Assembly (NCBI RefSeq): GCF_001194135.2
Contig: NC_068993.1
Location: forward strand, 27,069,393-27,106,504
DNA: 37,112 bases
Source of the DNA: Octopus bimaculoides
Lineage: Eukaryota
Reading direction: 5' to 3'
Under the pieces are notes generated by a model, which saw only the letters and a program-made list of their open reading frames with translations, did not search any database and was not told the DNA's origin. Shown here piece after piece: positions 13,326 to 24,410 of the stretch (position 1 is the first letter of the stretch; each line of letters begins with the position of its first letter). Position numbers and translations under genes: made by a program.

Positions 13326-13920
13326 TAAGGCGGCAAAATGCTTAGCGGCATTTCGCTCGTCCTTACGTTCTGAGTTCAAATTCCGCTGAGGTCGACTTCA
13401 TCCTTTCGGGATCGATTAAAAGTACCAGTTACGCACTGGGATTGATGCAATCGACTTAATCCCTTACCCCAAATTTGAAGCCTTGTGCTTCCAGTTGAAA
13501 GAATTATTATTAATATTACTACTACGGAGGTGAGCTGGCAGAGTTCAAATTCAGTAGTGGGCGACTTTGCCTTCCATCCTTCGTGATCGATAAAATAAGT
13601 GCTAGTGAAACACTGGGGTCGATGTAATCGATTAACTAACTTCCCCCAAAATTTCAGCCCTTGTGCCTATAATAGAAAGGATTAATATTATTATTAAGAC
13701 AGCTAGCTGACAGAATCATTAGCACGCTGGGCACGCTGAGCAGCATTTCGTCCGTCTTCACGTTCTACTTTGCCTTTCATCCTTTCGGCATTAATAAAAT
13801 AAGAGCCAGTCGAACATTCGATATAATAGATTTAACCTCTCCCTTGAAATTGTTAGCCTTGTGCCAAAATTTGAAATCATTAAGTCGACGAGCTGGGAGA
13901 ATCGTTAGCACGCCGGACGA
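13259..13920 (+). mobile_element. (TTA)n followed by a head-to-tail train of about 4 SINE copies (13326-13503, 13521-13682, 13695-13880, 13881-13920 head only)
   Basis: Repeated GTCGACTT..CATCCTTTCGG..CGATAAAATAAGT core (resembles a MetaSINE-type central domain) and GCCTTGTGC...GAAAG(ATT)n ends. Confidence 0.85.
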
Positions 13921-14496
13921 TTCCAACTGTCTGAAAGAAATTCTCAGTACGGACCTGCTCAAACCTCATCGGGTCATCCAGAACATACCTAGATAGGGTA
14001 TTCTGTAAGGAAGCAGATAAGGATGGCATAAGTTGTCTACAATTTAAAGTAGTCGACTACACATACCACACATTTGTAATCTGTACGGTGAACTTAGACA
14101 GGGACCCAGTTACTGGAGGCTGAACGCGTTCTTGCTGGTGTGCAAAACTTTCAGAGATAGAATTAGTGAATTAGTTAAGCCGGCGTTGACGGCGGCACTC
14201 ATCAACAATAAACGATGGTCGCCCTGAAAAGAGCGATTAGAATAGAATCGATGGGGTTTAGCAAAAGACTAGCAGTAGAAAGAAACAGTAGAAGCATAGC
14301 TGGTCAGGAAGTTAGATGAGACATTTAGAGAAGGCATCGCGACCGACGTGCTTGCAGCGAGATGGCACCCAACCAATTCTTCTACGCGAAACACGAAGGC
14401 GTGTGCTCTTAGACATGAAGGAACGGAAGCCGTTCAGTGGGTATGTCGTGGCTGTAAAGTCAGAATCCGATCTTAACCAGACCACGCCGAGGACAT
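13921..14496 (+). mobile_element. L1/Tx1-type LINE ORF2 fragment (end of the AP endonuclease and the linker)
   Basis: TYLDRVFC, QGPSYWRLNAFLL (GPGYWKLN motif), FRDRISELVK, ALRHEGTEAVQW; contains stops and frameshifts. Confidence 0.75.
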
Positions 14497-14532
14497 GTTA
14501 ATCACTAAAGGAATTCTGTCAGATATTGTACG

Positions 14533-15420
14533 TTATTTGCTAAAATTATGCATTAAAGTTTGACTTTCTTTGCTAATCTTAGCTGTGTCATTTGCTATTT
14601 CCTTTAATCGTGATTCACTGTAACCGCGTTTGACATAATGTGGCACAAAAGCATTTGCATGTTTCCAGTAATCCCCTATGTCATTACAGATCCGTTTTAT
14701 CCTCAAAAATTGAGATTTCGGATTTAACCGAATTATATGATGTGGATGATGAGAGCGGTGATAGAGGTAAATGTGGGATGACGTGGACTTGCAAAATAAC
14801 TCTGTCACTATTCTGCCTCCGGAAAACTTAACTTTTGTGTCCAAAAATTCAACGCTAGTTTTCAAAAAACAAGACGAAAATTTTATGTTGGACTTAGAGC
14901 CATAGTTTTTAGCATAACTGTCACAGAAATGCAAGAAGTCAATTAAACTATCCTGTGATCCTTCCCAACCAAAAAAGACGTCATCAATGAACCGTAATCA
15001 GAGTATTGGTTCATGACCTTTTAAGGATTTTGAATGTCTTCAGTAACTGTGTCTCGAATTTCGTCATGAAGACATTAGCGAAATTAACTGCCATGGGGGT
15101 GTCCATGGCATAACCACTCGGCTGGTGATAAAATGTTTGTCCAAACTTCATTGGGTTACTTTATAACACAAACCTTAATAGCCTACAGAGAAAATTAGAT
15201 GGAATACTTCGGTTTGACCGTTTTTCCAAGGCATTCATGCATGCGTCTACCTCTTCATCGTGGTCAGTATTGGGATATAAGGAAGAAATATCTATGGTTG
15301 CCAAAACAAAGTACAATATCTGACAGAATTTCATTAGTGATTAACTGGCACCGAAATTTCGCTGGCTTTTCAAAAGTGTTATGGCTGCAATTTTGAAAAA
15401 GTTCATATTCTCAGAAAATA
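14533..15420 (-). mobile_element. Penelope-like retroelement reverse-transcriptase fragment (pseudogene)
   Basis: LATIDISSLYPN, GYAMDTPMAVNFANVFM, IKFSSC..VEFLDTKV, HIYLYHRSHHPHHI..PKSQFLRIKRIC..RGY. No GIY-YIG domain seen. Confidence 0.9.
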
Positions 15421-15867
15421 TGAATCTGCTACACTATAAGTACTCAAAATACACAAGGAGAAATATGTTTGCGGGTTAATAACAACACGCCCTGGAGGAA
15501 TGAATAAAATGACTGGAGAATTTCATCATATTTACACAAAGCTATTTGATTAAATAGTCGTGTTCTTTTTCCTTCTTTTTTTCTTTCCTTTTTTCTCTCT
15601 TTTTATCTTTCCTTTATGTCAGTTGCAAACTGAAATTTGAAGACTGATGATGTTATTCCATCAACGTGGGAACAATGGTTACTCTCATTCATATTTTGGA
15701 TTTGAATTTCTATAATTTGAATTTTTATCACGTTTCATTTTGAACTCAACAAAGACACACTAGCTGACGAAATATCTTTCAACCAATAAAATATCTACTG
15801 CAATCGCATCGCACTCTTCGTATTGTCTATTTACCTTTCTCAAGAGTTACGTCAATCCTTTTAGAAT

Positions 15868-15910
<43 letters not shown>

Positions 15911-15911
15911 C

Positions 15912-15962
<51 letters not shown>

Positions 15963-15975
15963 CATTATTATTATT
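15868..15975. repeat. (CAT)n-(TAT)n compound microsatellite at the 3' end of the R4-type element
   Basis: Directly visible. Confidence 0.95.
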
Positions 15976-18228
15976 CTTTCGTAACACAGTATAGGTAAAA
16001 ATGCAGCGGAGTCTTTAGTCATCTGTCATGTCACAAGGAGCTCAGACAGATAATACTTTCCTTAAGATGTGCGTTGTGCTCAATTAGACTGCTTTTTGCA
16101 AGACGTCAATCTTGCATGGGATTTCCAGTTGTCTTAAGAAGTTTTGAAGTTTCAATGGAATTGAGCCCAGCGTTCCGATCACCACTGGTATCACTTTTAA
16201 ATTTCCTTCTCGCATTCCATACAGTCTTGCAATTTCCACTTTCAATTCGAGGTACTTGGTGATTTTTTAACCTCTTTACTCACAACATGCATGTCATTTG
16301 GTATGGCTACATCAATGATCTGACAGTATTTGTCTCTCTTATTCAATATGACAATATCGGGCCGACGGAGTTCGATTACACAATCCATCTGAAAATCATA
16401 GTCCCAGAGTATCGTTACTTTCCTATCCTCCTTCATAGCTTTACTTGGTACATGCTCATACCAGTTCTCTATTACTTCATACTGGTATTTACGGTGTAAG
16501 AGCCAATGAATATACACACACACACTTTATCGTGGCGGCACTTGTATTCTTTTTGTACAAGGCTCTCACATCCACTTACCATGTGGTCATATTTTCCACA
16601 CTTTTTCCACAGAGTCTGCATTTCTGAGTGTCAGAAGTTTTATGGATGTTATACTTCACTGAATTGGTAGCGAGGGCCTGGTCTTGTGCTGCAATGATCA
16701 GGCTTTCGGTGGTACGCTTCAAATCACCTCGCTCAAGCCATGCCCACGATGCTGTATTATCCTTAACATCTTGTGTATTCCTTTCAAACTGTCCATGCAT
16801 TCTCATTTCAAGAAGGTCTTCTTTTCTTTTCTCCTCAGCTCTTTGGTTAAACTCTTCCTTGACCATCATTTCACCTGCATTTACACCCATATCTTTCGTG
16901 GCATATTTCAGCAGGTCTTCGTCATTATTTATCAAATACTCGGCAGACGTTCTCCTTTCGCTCCTTATAGAATGGTCTATACTAATTAGTCCTCTGCCAC
17001 CATTCTTTCTTTTCATAGACAGTCTGTTTTACGTTTGCTTCAGAGCGTAGCGCCCCATGCAGCGTCATCAACTTTCTCGTCCTTCTTTCCAGTGTTGATA
17101 TTTCATCCTTAATCCATTTGAGGATGGATGCACTTTATCTGACCACCGCAACTGCCCAGGTATTCATTGCGGTAATCAAATTTTTGGCATTCAAGTTGGA
17201 TTTCAACACCACCTTCACCCTTTTTTGATACGCGTGGCTGGCCTTGACTTTCATTTCTCTATGTAGAATGTCATCCAGCTCCAAAATCCCAACATATCTA
17301 TACCCACTACCGTCGGGTTCTCTCATGGTCTCTCCTGATGGTAACCGCAATCCTCTGCAAGCTCCTCTCTTCCCTCTTTTCATATTAAGTATTGAGCATT
17401 TGTTAATCCCAAATTCTATACCGATGTCCCTGCCACACTTTTGGACTGTTTTGGTTAAGGAATCTGTTCTTCAGATTTCCCAAACAATTTCAGGTCATCC
17501 ATAAACAGAAGATGGTTCAGTGATGGGCCTTTCTTCCCACATTGGTAACCCATCTTAACTTTCCTAAGTGTCAATGTTATGGGTATTAGTGCAATTACAA
17601 ATAGTAACGGAGAAAACGAGTCACCTTGAAAGATTCCCCTTTTAATATTAACTTCTCCAAGGAATATATTACTTGAGTACAATTTGGTTTTCCACTCTGT
17701 CATCAGAAAATTTGTGATGTTGTCAACGATCCAAGAATGAGGCATCATATCATATGCCTTCTTAAAGTCAATCCAAGACTTAGACTTGTTTGTCTGATGT
17801 TTTTTACAATGCCTCAAAACTGTTTTATCGATTACCAGATGATCCTTGATACCCTGAGAACTTTTCCTACATCCTTTTTGTTCCCTTGGTAGTATTTCTT
17901 CCTGTGCCAGGAAAGTGTGCCTTTGCCGTACATATTCCAGTGAGTATCTCTTAGATTATGATTAGGCATGCTATGGGACGGTAGTTTCCCACAATACTCC
18001 CCCTTCTTCTATCTTTCATTACAAGTGTTGTCCTCCCAGTCACCATACCCGCAGGGACTGTACTTTTCTGGACACACTCATTCAATTGGGCTGCTAGTCT
18101 TTCATGCACCGCGTGGCATCTCTTCAGCCAGAATCCATGAATCCCATCTGGTCTGGGGGCTTTCCAGTTGTTCCAGTTACCCACTTGTTCTTTCACATCA
18201 CACGTGCTTATGATAATATTCCTTTGTA
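15976..18228 (-). mobile_element. R4/Dong-type non-LTR retrotransposon (RT, CCHC knuckle, REL endonuclease), 5'-truncated and frameshifted
   Basis: NWKAPRPDGIHGFWLK, GNYRPIACL, WIDFKKAYDMMPHSWI, RGIFQGDSFSPLLF, LNHLLFMDDLKL, CRLCGKS..HMVSGC..RHDKV, ILWDY..RRPDIV..IIDVAIP. (AAT)n at both ends. Confidence 0.92.
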
Positions 18229-18249
18229 TTATATTATTATTATTTCTTT

Positions 18250-18337
18250 GCATGCCATCAAAGTGACACTGGGGTAAAATATACAAAGCCTAGAATACCC
18301 ATCATGACTACCCGTCTGATAAGGGTACACCAGGCAC

Positions 18338-18411
<74 letters not shown>

Positions 18412-18603
18412 GAGTGAGAGAGCAGTGCATGCGATTAAAGTGACACTGGGTTAAAATATATGAAGCCCAGTATACCCATCATGACTACCCGCCTGATAAG
18501 AGTACACTAGGCATATGCATCACAACCATATGTGCGCGACATGGTGATTTTATGTCGAGATAAACAGTGCATGACCTTGCAGATGGGGCCCAGTTAGAAT
18601 TTT
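18250..18603 (-). mobile_element. Two short truncated copies (18250-18337, 18413-18603) of another (AAT)n-tailed retroelement 3' end, separated by (TTA)n
   Basis: Both share GCATGC..AAAGTGACACTGGG..AAAATAT..AAGCC..ATACCCATCATGACTACCCG.CTGATAAG.GTACAC.AGGCA. Confidence 0.75.
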
Positions 18604-18965
18604 ATTCGTTGTTTCCTGTATAGCGAAGTCCGAATTTCATCTATGCGGGTAATAATCGAGTGTAGAACATGATAAATTTCAAGAAAGGCAAAACGTGTCT
18701 GTAGTGAATCGCTGCAATGACGATGCTCGTCTCGCTCCGATATATATTCTGCCTTTTAACACATGACTTTTAGCAGACTTTTAATGGTGTGTATTCCCTT
18801 AATATGATACATAGATGCCAATTTTAGTATAATGTTTCTCCCCCCCCTCTCTCTTAATATATGTATGTAATGTGTGTGTATATATTATTGTTGTAGGGAA
18901 TTAGTAATAATGGTACACCCCTCCCACGTGATGAATGGAATAACCTTGGCACTATAAGTAAAGAG

Positions 18966-19352
18966 TGGAGGCGCAATGGCCCAGTGATTAGGGCAGCGGA
19001 CTCGCGGTCATAGGATCGCGGTTTCGATTCCCAGACCGGGCGTTGTGAGTGTTTATTGAGCGAAAACACCTAAAGCTCCACGAGGCTCCGGTAGGGGATG
19101 GTGGCGAACCCTGCTGTACTCTTCCACCACAACTTTCTCTCACTCTTACTTCCTGTTTCTGTTGTGCCTGTAATTCAAAGGGTCAGCCTTGTTACACTGT
19201 GTCACGCTGAATATCCCCGAGAACTACGTTAAGGGTACACGTGTCTGTGGAGTGCTCAGCCACTTGCACGTTAATTTCACGAGCAGGCTGTTCCGTTGAT
19301 CGGATCAACTGGAACCGTCGACGTCGTAAGCGACGGAGTGCCAACGACGACA
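18966..19352 (+). mobile_element. Full-length tRNA-derived SINE inserted in the 5' LTR
   Basis: A box TGGCCCAGTGA, B box GGTTTCGATTCC, 12-bp TSD ATAAGTAAAGAG (18954-65 and 19353-64); absent from the 3' LTR. Confidence 0.93.
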
Positions 19353-19490
19353 ATAAGTAAAGAGAAGTACGTGAAGTACCAGAATACGTAGTAGGCGGTA
19401 AGAGATAGTTGTGTCTTTATTGGTTTTACTAAGTATACTGTATACCGAAGTGGGCGTTATAACAATCCAACGTTTTAAGGATTATAACAG

Positions 19491-19503
19491 TGGTGACGAG
19501 GAT
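19491..19503 (+). promoter_or_regulatory. Primer-binding site, complementary to the tRNA-Ser(GCU) 3' end
   Basis: TGGTGACGAGGAT one base after the LTR CA; one mismatch to TGGCGACGAGGAT. Confidence 0.75.
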
Positions 19504-19668
19504 TTAAACAGCTCACGAGTAATTAATAAACTCGACAAGTATTTAACAAAACTCACGAGAAATTAATAAACTCGATGAGGATAGTTCACGTCGAGTTAAT
19601 AGAAACTCGAAGAGAAGTTAATAAACTCACAAAGTTGTTATACGAATTTTACGAAAAATCGTAAAAAT

Positions 19669-20560
19669 ATGGAAAATTTATTGACAGGTTTGCTCGAGTT
19701 GCAAAAACAGCAACAACAACAGCTGAGAGAACAACAGCAACAGCAGCAGATACAACTGCAAGAGCAACAACGATAACAAATAATATTACAGCAACAAATG
19801 CTGCAAACGAAATTAAAAATTGCCCATGATAAAAAGTAAACATCGTTCAAAAGTAGATGTTCCGTGGTGCAGACTACACATTGAGTTCGCTAGTCCTTTA
19901 AATGGTTCTTACTATTTAGTGTTAGTTTCTCGAAATGGTAAGAAATTTGTAAATGTAAAAACCGACCACCTCAACTGGGATAAATTTTTTACAGGAACTG
20001 TTTGCGATATTTGGCATCCCAGACATGATAGTGTCTGACAATGGAATGCAATTTGTGTTTGCTGAATTTAAAAAGTTTTGTGAAACGTTCGCGGTAGAAC
20101 ATGTAACTACTACGTCATACCATTCCAGATCTAATGGACAGGCAGAACGCTTCGTCGATACCTTCAAAAGAGCCCTTAGAACATCGAATAAGAAAGCCAC
20201 AGATGAGATAGCTCTACAACAATTTTTAAGAGTGTACCGTGTGACACCAAATCAGAATACACCAGCAGGTCGCTTTCCAGCGGAGCTGATGATTGCAAGG
20301 AAAGTAAAATCAGTTTTTGGTAAATTACTACCTGGCAAGAAAAGAAAAAGTGCCAGGGAAGACATAGCGACATAGCAAGATTCTTTAAAGTTGGTGAAAA
20401 GGTGTATATGAGGGCATACAAGAATGGAAAGCAGAGTTGGGAAGATGGCATAATGACCAAATGCATAGGTAAAATGATGTATTGAGTAGAAAAGGTATGC
20501 AACTGAAAAAGAGATTCGTAGAAAGCGAACCGAAGTAGTTGGAGGAACCGATGGAATGGT
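19669..20560 (+). pseudogene. Gypsy gag N-terminus (MENLLTGLLELQKQQQQ...) joined near 19840 to a frameshifted integrase
   Basis: PWCRLHIEFASPLNGSYYLV, IVSDNGMQF..FKKFCE..YHSRSNGQAERFVDTFKRAL. No protease, RT or RNase H motifs between them. Confidence 0.9.
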
Positions 20561-21453
20561 TGTACGATACGTTCCAAGTACCAGCGCTACTGCAGGTGAT
20601 TGAACCCAAGTGTACAAGTGAGAGGAAAAGAAAACATACAGAGTTCCTGAAAATAGGTGCCAAACGCAAAAAATATCAAACTGTACGAAAAAACACTAAA
20701 AGAAGGAAGGTGAAGGTGGGCTGAATAAAAAGTATTATTGCTAAATAAAATGACACTTCCTAAGAAAAACTTTAAAATGGAGATGTTGTAGAGAATTAGT
20801 AATAATAGTACACCCCTCCCACATGACGAATGGAATAGCCTAGTCACTATGAATAAAGAGAAGTACGGGAAGTACCTGAGTATGTAGTAAGTGGTAAGAG
20901 ATAGTCGTGTCTTTACTGGTTTACTAAGTATATTGTATACCGAAGTGGGCGTTAAATCAATCCAACATTTTAAGGATTATAACAATTATACATTTATAAA
21001 TACATATGTATGTAAGTGGGTATTTCTGTGCATGCGCGCATGTGTGTGTGTTATACGTGCACGCATGAGTATTGGAGCATGAGATCCTGAGATAGAATAG
21101 AGACTGTATATTTATTATGCATATTACAAATATTAATATTATTTTATACGCTTATCCTGACTGAATATGTGATAAGGTCAGGGTTCACACTTGAAATTTG
21201 CCGGTTTAAACTATATATAATGCATTTTATAAAATTATACTTTAATACAGAAAGCTGCTTGATAACTAGTATGTTAACGACTATGTAACTTTTACTAAAA
21301 GAAAGCCATTCTTAAAGTCTACACTGCTTAGAAAATTCTTATAAATTCCAATTTTAATCTATTATCAAAATATAGTTATCAAAATATAGTTTTCTAGGTT
21401 CTTTTATTATTTATTATAAACCTAATTTTTATTCACATAGGTTCTTTTTTTAA

Positions 21454-23496
21454 CCCCATGACAAGGTTTTTTTTTTTTTTATCAAGCAGCTAGGTTGCAT
21501 TGACGCTAATCATCTCGGCTGAGACCAGAAGTTAGCGCATGACAATGGTTTAGCGTATATTTACATCAACCGCTTTAACCAGTTTACGCGGTGATTCATT
21601 CGGTTGCCTGTGTGCGGCAACGGTAATCGCGCCGATTGAGGTCAGATAACGTTCAGCATATATTTACGTCAACCGCTTTAGTGCAAGTACTGTTGATTTA
21701 CCTAAACTATATCCCTATGCAAGACACTCATGCAGTATTATTCCTGAATAAGTTCACTCGACAACACAAGTCAGATCAACTTCATGTATTTACAATCACG
21801 TGAATTCAAAACTTCACTTTAGTATGGTAGAGTTCAAAACAGGGTATCATACACTGTGGCATATCACATTGTGAACAATGGTATCTACTCTTTGAAGCAT
21901 TTGTCTTCTTGGCAGTGAGGGGAAACAGTCCCCCACACCACCAAGCATCTGCCAAATCAAATGTGAGTTCACGACACACATGTCAACTATATACAAGATA
22001 TTTTTTTTGTACCGTTTCACAAATTTTCTCACCGATTTGTGTGTCGTCGCCAACTGATCTAAGCTATCGACCCCCACCCCTTCATTGTATGAAAGAACTA
22101 CACTAGGTTTCATTACAGCATTGCCGTCTGCATCTTGCTTCCTAGTGCCCTCCATGCTTGCAGAATGCATTGTGGATAACATGCAGACGTTTTTCTTATC
22201 ACGCCACACTAGAGCGAGAATCGGTGCATCGGTACGCTATTTCTCCCTTTTGAAGTTTTATCTTGTGAAGACCAGGCGGCATGTTTTTCCTGTGCGTCCT
22301 CGCAGTCCCACAGGCATTAGTCCTTATTGCCTGCAGTTGCAGGAAGAAGTCTGAACTGGAAACCAGTTGTCCATATAAATATTGTAGCTTTTGTCAAACA
22401 AGTTTTCATTCAGCGACAACACGACATCAGTTGACGCTAAAGTAGACGCTGGAAGATCCAATCTGACCTAACCAGCATAGATTTTGTAATTTCACGTGTA
22501 CCCACAGGCTCTGCCAGTTGGCTGGCATACCTTATAAGCCTTGACTCCAAAGCGGGCACGTTTGGTCGGGTTGTATTGTTTTAATCGGAGCCTTCCCTTC
22601 AATTTCCACAAACTCTCGTCCGCACAAATATCCTGTGTGGGGACATATGCCGTTCTGAAATTTTCTGCCACTTCGTCAACGATAGGACGTATTTTGTGCA
22701 GCCTGAGTTCTCACCTGAGTTGAAATGTAGATTTCGAAGAAGCGACAAAAATCGATCACGTAGCATCGTTTCCGGAAAGAAAGGTGTCGACGTAGCTAGA
22801 TCCCAATTCAGATAAGACGCCAGGGTCGGATATTTCATGATGCCTATCAGTATCAGCAAGGCAAGCAGAACTTTGATTTTGTCCTCTGTGGTTGGAAACC
22901 AATCACCGCCATGCCCAGGTCTGACATGCTGGGGATGGTTTTCAACATAGTCATTCGTTTCGTCTTCTATATATTGGAACAGTTCATCCGTCAAAAACTC
23001 GTGGAAGATTTCCAATGATGAACTTCCATGTTCAAGGTTTGCCTTTATGCCATGCTGTCGGACGAAATTGTCTCTCACTCGCCACACGACATTTTGTTAT
23101 CCAGGGCCATTCACTGCTATCTGCCTATACCTTTGATTCACCAGAATATCACTATCACTACCGGAATCATCCGATTCCGAACTAGGAAAATACTCACTCT
23201 CCGGGTCATCGTCCGAACCGGAGAAAACAACTGGTGAGGTGGTGGAGTTGATGGAGCTTGGCGCGACGACCGTAAATTCGACGAAACAGCACGCGACGAT
23301 GAAGCTGAGCCGAGTGGCAGGACCAACTTATTGGGTTGTAAATATTTACATGAAACATCTAATCGGTCTACCAGTTGGCAGGTGGATCGGTACTAACTCA
23401 GGCGACAGGTTCTTAGTCAGGCGACGTATAATTACGTCGACCGATTTAAAGCATGTACATTGCGTGCGTAAATTTACGTCAACCGTTTTAAAAGGG
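21454..23496 (-). mobile_element. piggyBac transposon relic with a PGBD4-type transposase pseudogene (about 23320 to 21810)
   Basis: FHEFLTDELF..ETNDY, MLRDRFLSLLRNLHFN, ICADESLW..RARFGVK, YMDNWF, WRDKKNVCMLSTMH, YNEG.GVDSLDQ, PCFELYHT. One end is TTAA-CCCTTTTAAAACGGTTGACG (23500 down); the other, TTAACCCC at 21450, is only a weak match. Confidence 0.92.
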
Positions 23497-24206
23497 TTAA
23501 CGTCTTAGTTTTTCTATCCATTCTCTTCAACTGTTTTCTTGCAACGCTGATTCTCACACCTATTCTTCTTTGTTTGCCGCCTCTGTTTCTATTAGTCTTT
23601 CTATTTTTATATCCTTATAACTTTTTTCTCTCTCGCTTACCCTCACCCCTTTTCTTCAACGTCACTCTCCCTTTGGCCTTGGATTCTTCTCTCTTTCAGA
23701 AATTTAGTTAGTATTCCTTCCCGTTATTTCAAGAAAACTATTAAACAGAATACTTTTCTTCTTTCCCTTGCACATTCGGTAACTTTTACTTTCTTAGCTT
23801 GCAACGTTGTCTCTGTCTTTATTTATCTGTCTGTCTCTACCGTCTTCATTCAATTGTTTCCTTTAAAAATATATGACTACAATGTTTATATTTGAGATAC
23901 TTTGAGAAAATTTATGGAAACTTTTACACTATATTTATCATATCAAAATTGCCTAGAAATGCTTGATTTCAAGCTTTGTATATATTGGTAGATATGTACA
24001 TCAAAGAAGTTTCGTACAAGCAAACATGGCATACACTAGCCGAAAGATTGGTGCTTCTGCTCATACATATAATGTATGATATATGTGATGAATAATGAGT
24101 GAGTGAGTGAGTGAGTGAGTGTGCGCGCGCGCGTGTATGCATGTATTTATTTATGTATGTGTATGTCTGTATGTATATATATATATTGCATTATTGCACG
24201 CACACT

Positions 24207-24375
24207 GTTCTATATTTAAGAGATGAGGAATTATGTACATTATTTACATTTGACAGATATTTGTCCTCATCTTTGTTGTCAACACAACGTTTCGGCTGAT
24301 ACACCCTCCAGCCTTCATAAGGTGTCTTGGAGAAATTTCGAACCTGGGTTCTCATTCCTAAGGTATTTTTCGATG

Positions 24376-24410
<35 letters not shown>

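Larger units (their letters stand above)
18889..20984 (+). mobile_element. Internally deleted Gypsy/Ty3 LTR retrotransposon (Mag/K02A2.6-like)
   Basis: TG...CA LTRs (18889-19489 including a SINE; 20784-20984), 5-bp TSD ATTAT (18884-88 and 20985-89), PBS, purine-rich tract AAAATGGAGA before the 3' LTR, gag start fused to integrase. Confidence 0.95.

Noticed and set aside
13496-15985. Shared GAAAGAAT at the SINE 3' end and the R4-type 3' end as evidence of a SINE-LINE partnership
   Set aside because: Only 8 nt, and the tails are opposite strands of the repeat (ATT versus AAT).
18966-19045. tRNA-like sequence with A and B boxes
   Set aside because: It is the head of a 387-bp SINE with a TSD, not a tRNA gene. 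The same applies to 29720-29783 and 24580-24653.
19512-19634. Repeat arrays here and at 431-657 considered as CRISPR-like
   Set aside because: No conserved repeat with unique spacers, eukaryotic context, no cas genes.
19669-19835. PolyQ ORF as a host glutamine-rich gene
   Set aside because: Lies between PBS and integrase inside an LTR element and has an internal stop; it is a gag remnant.
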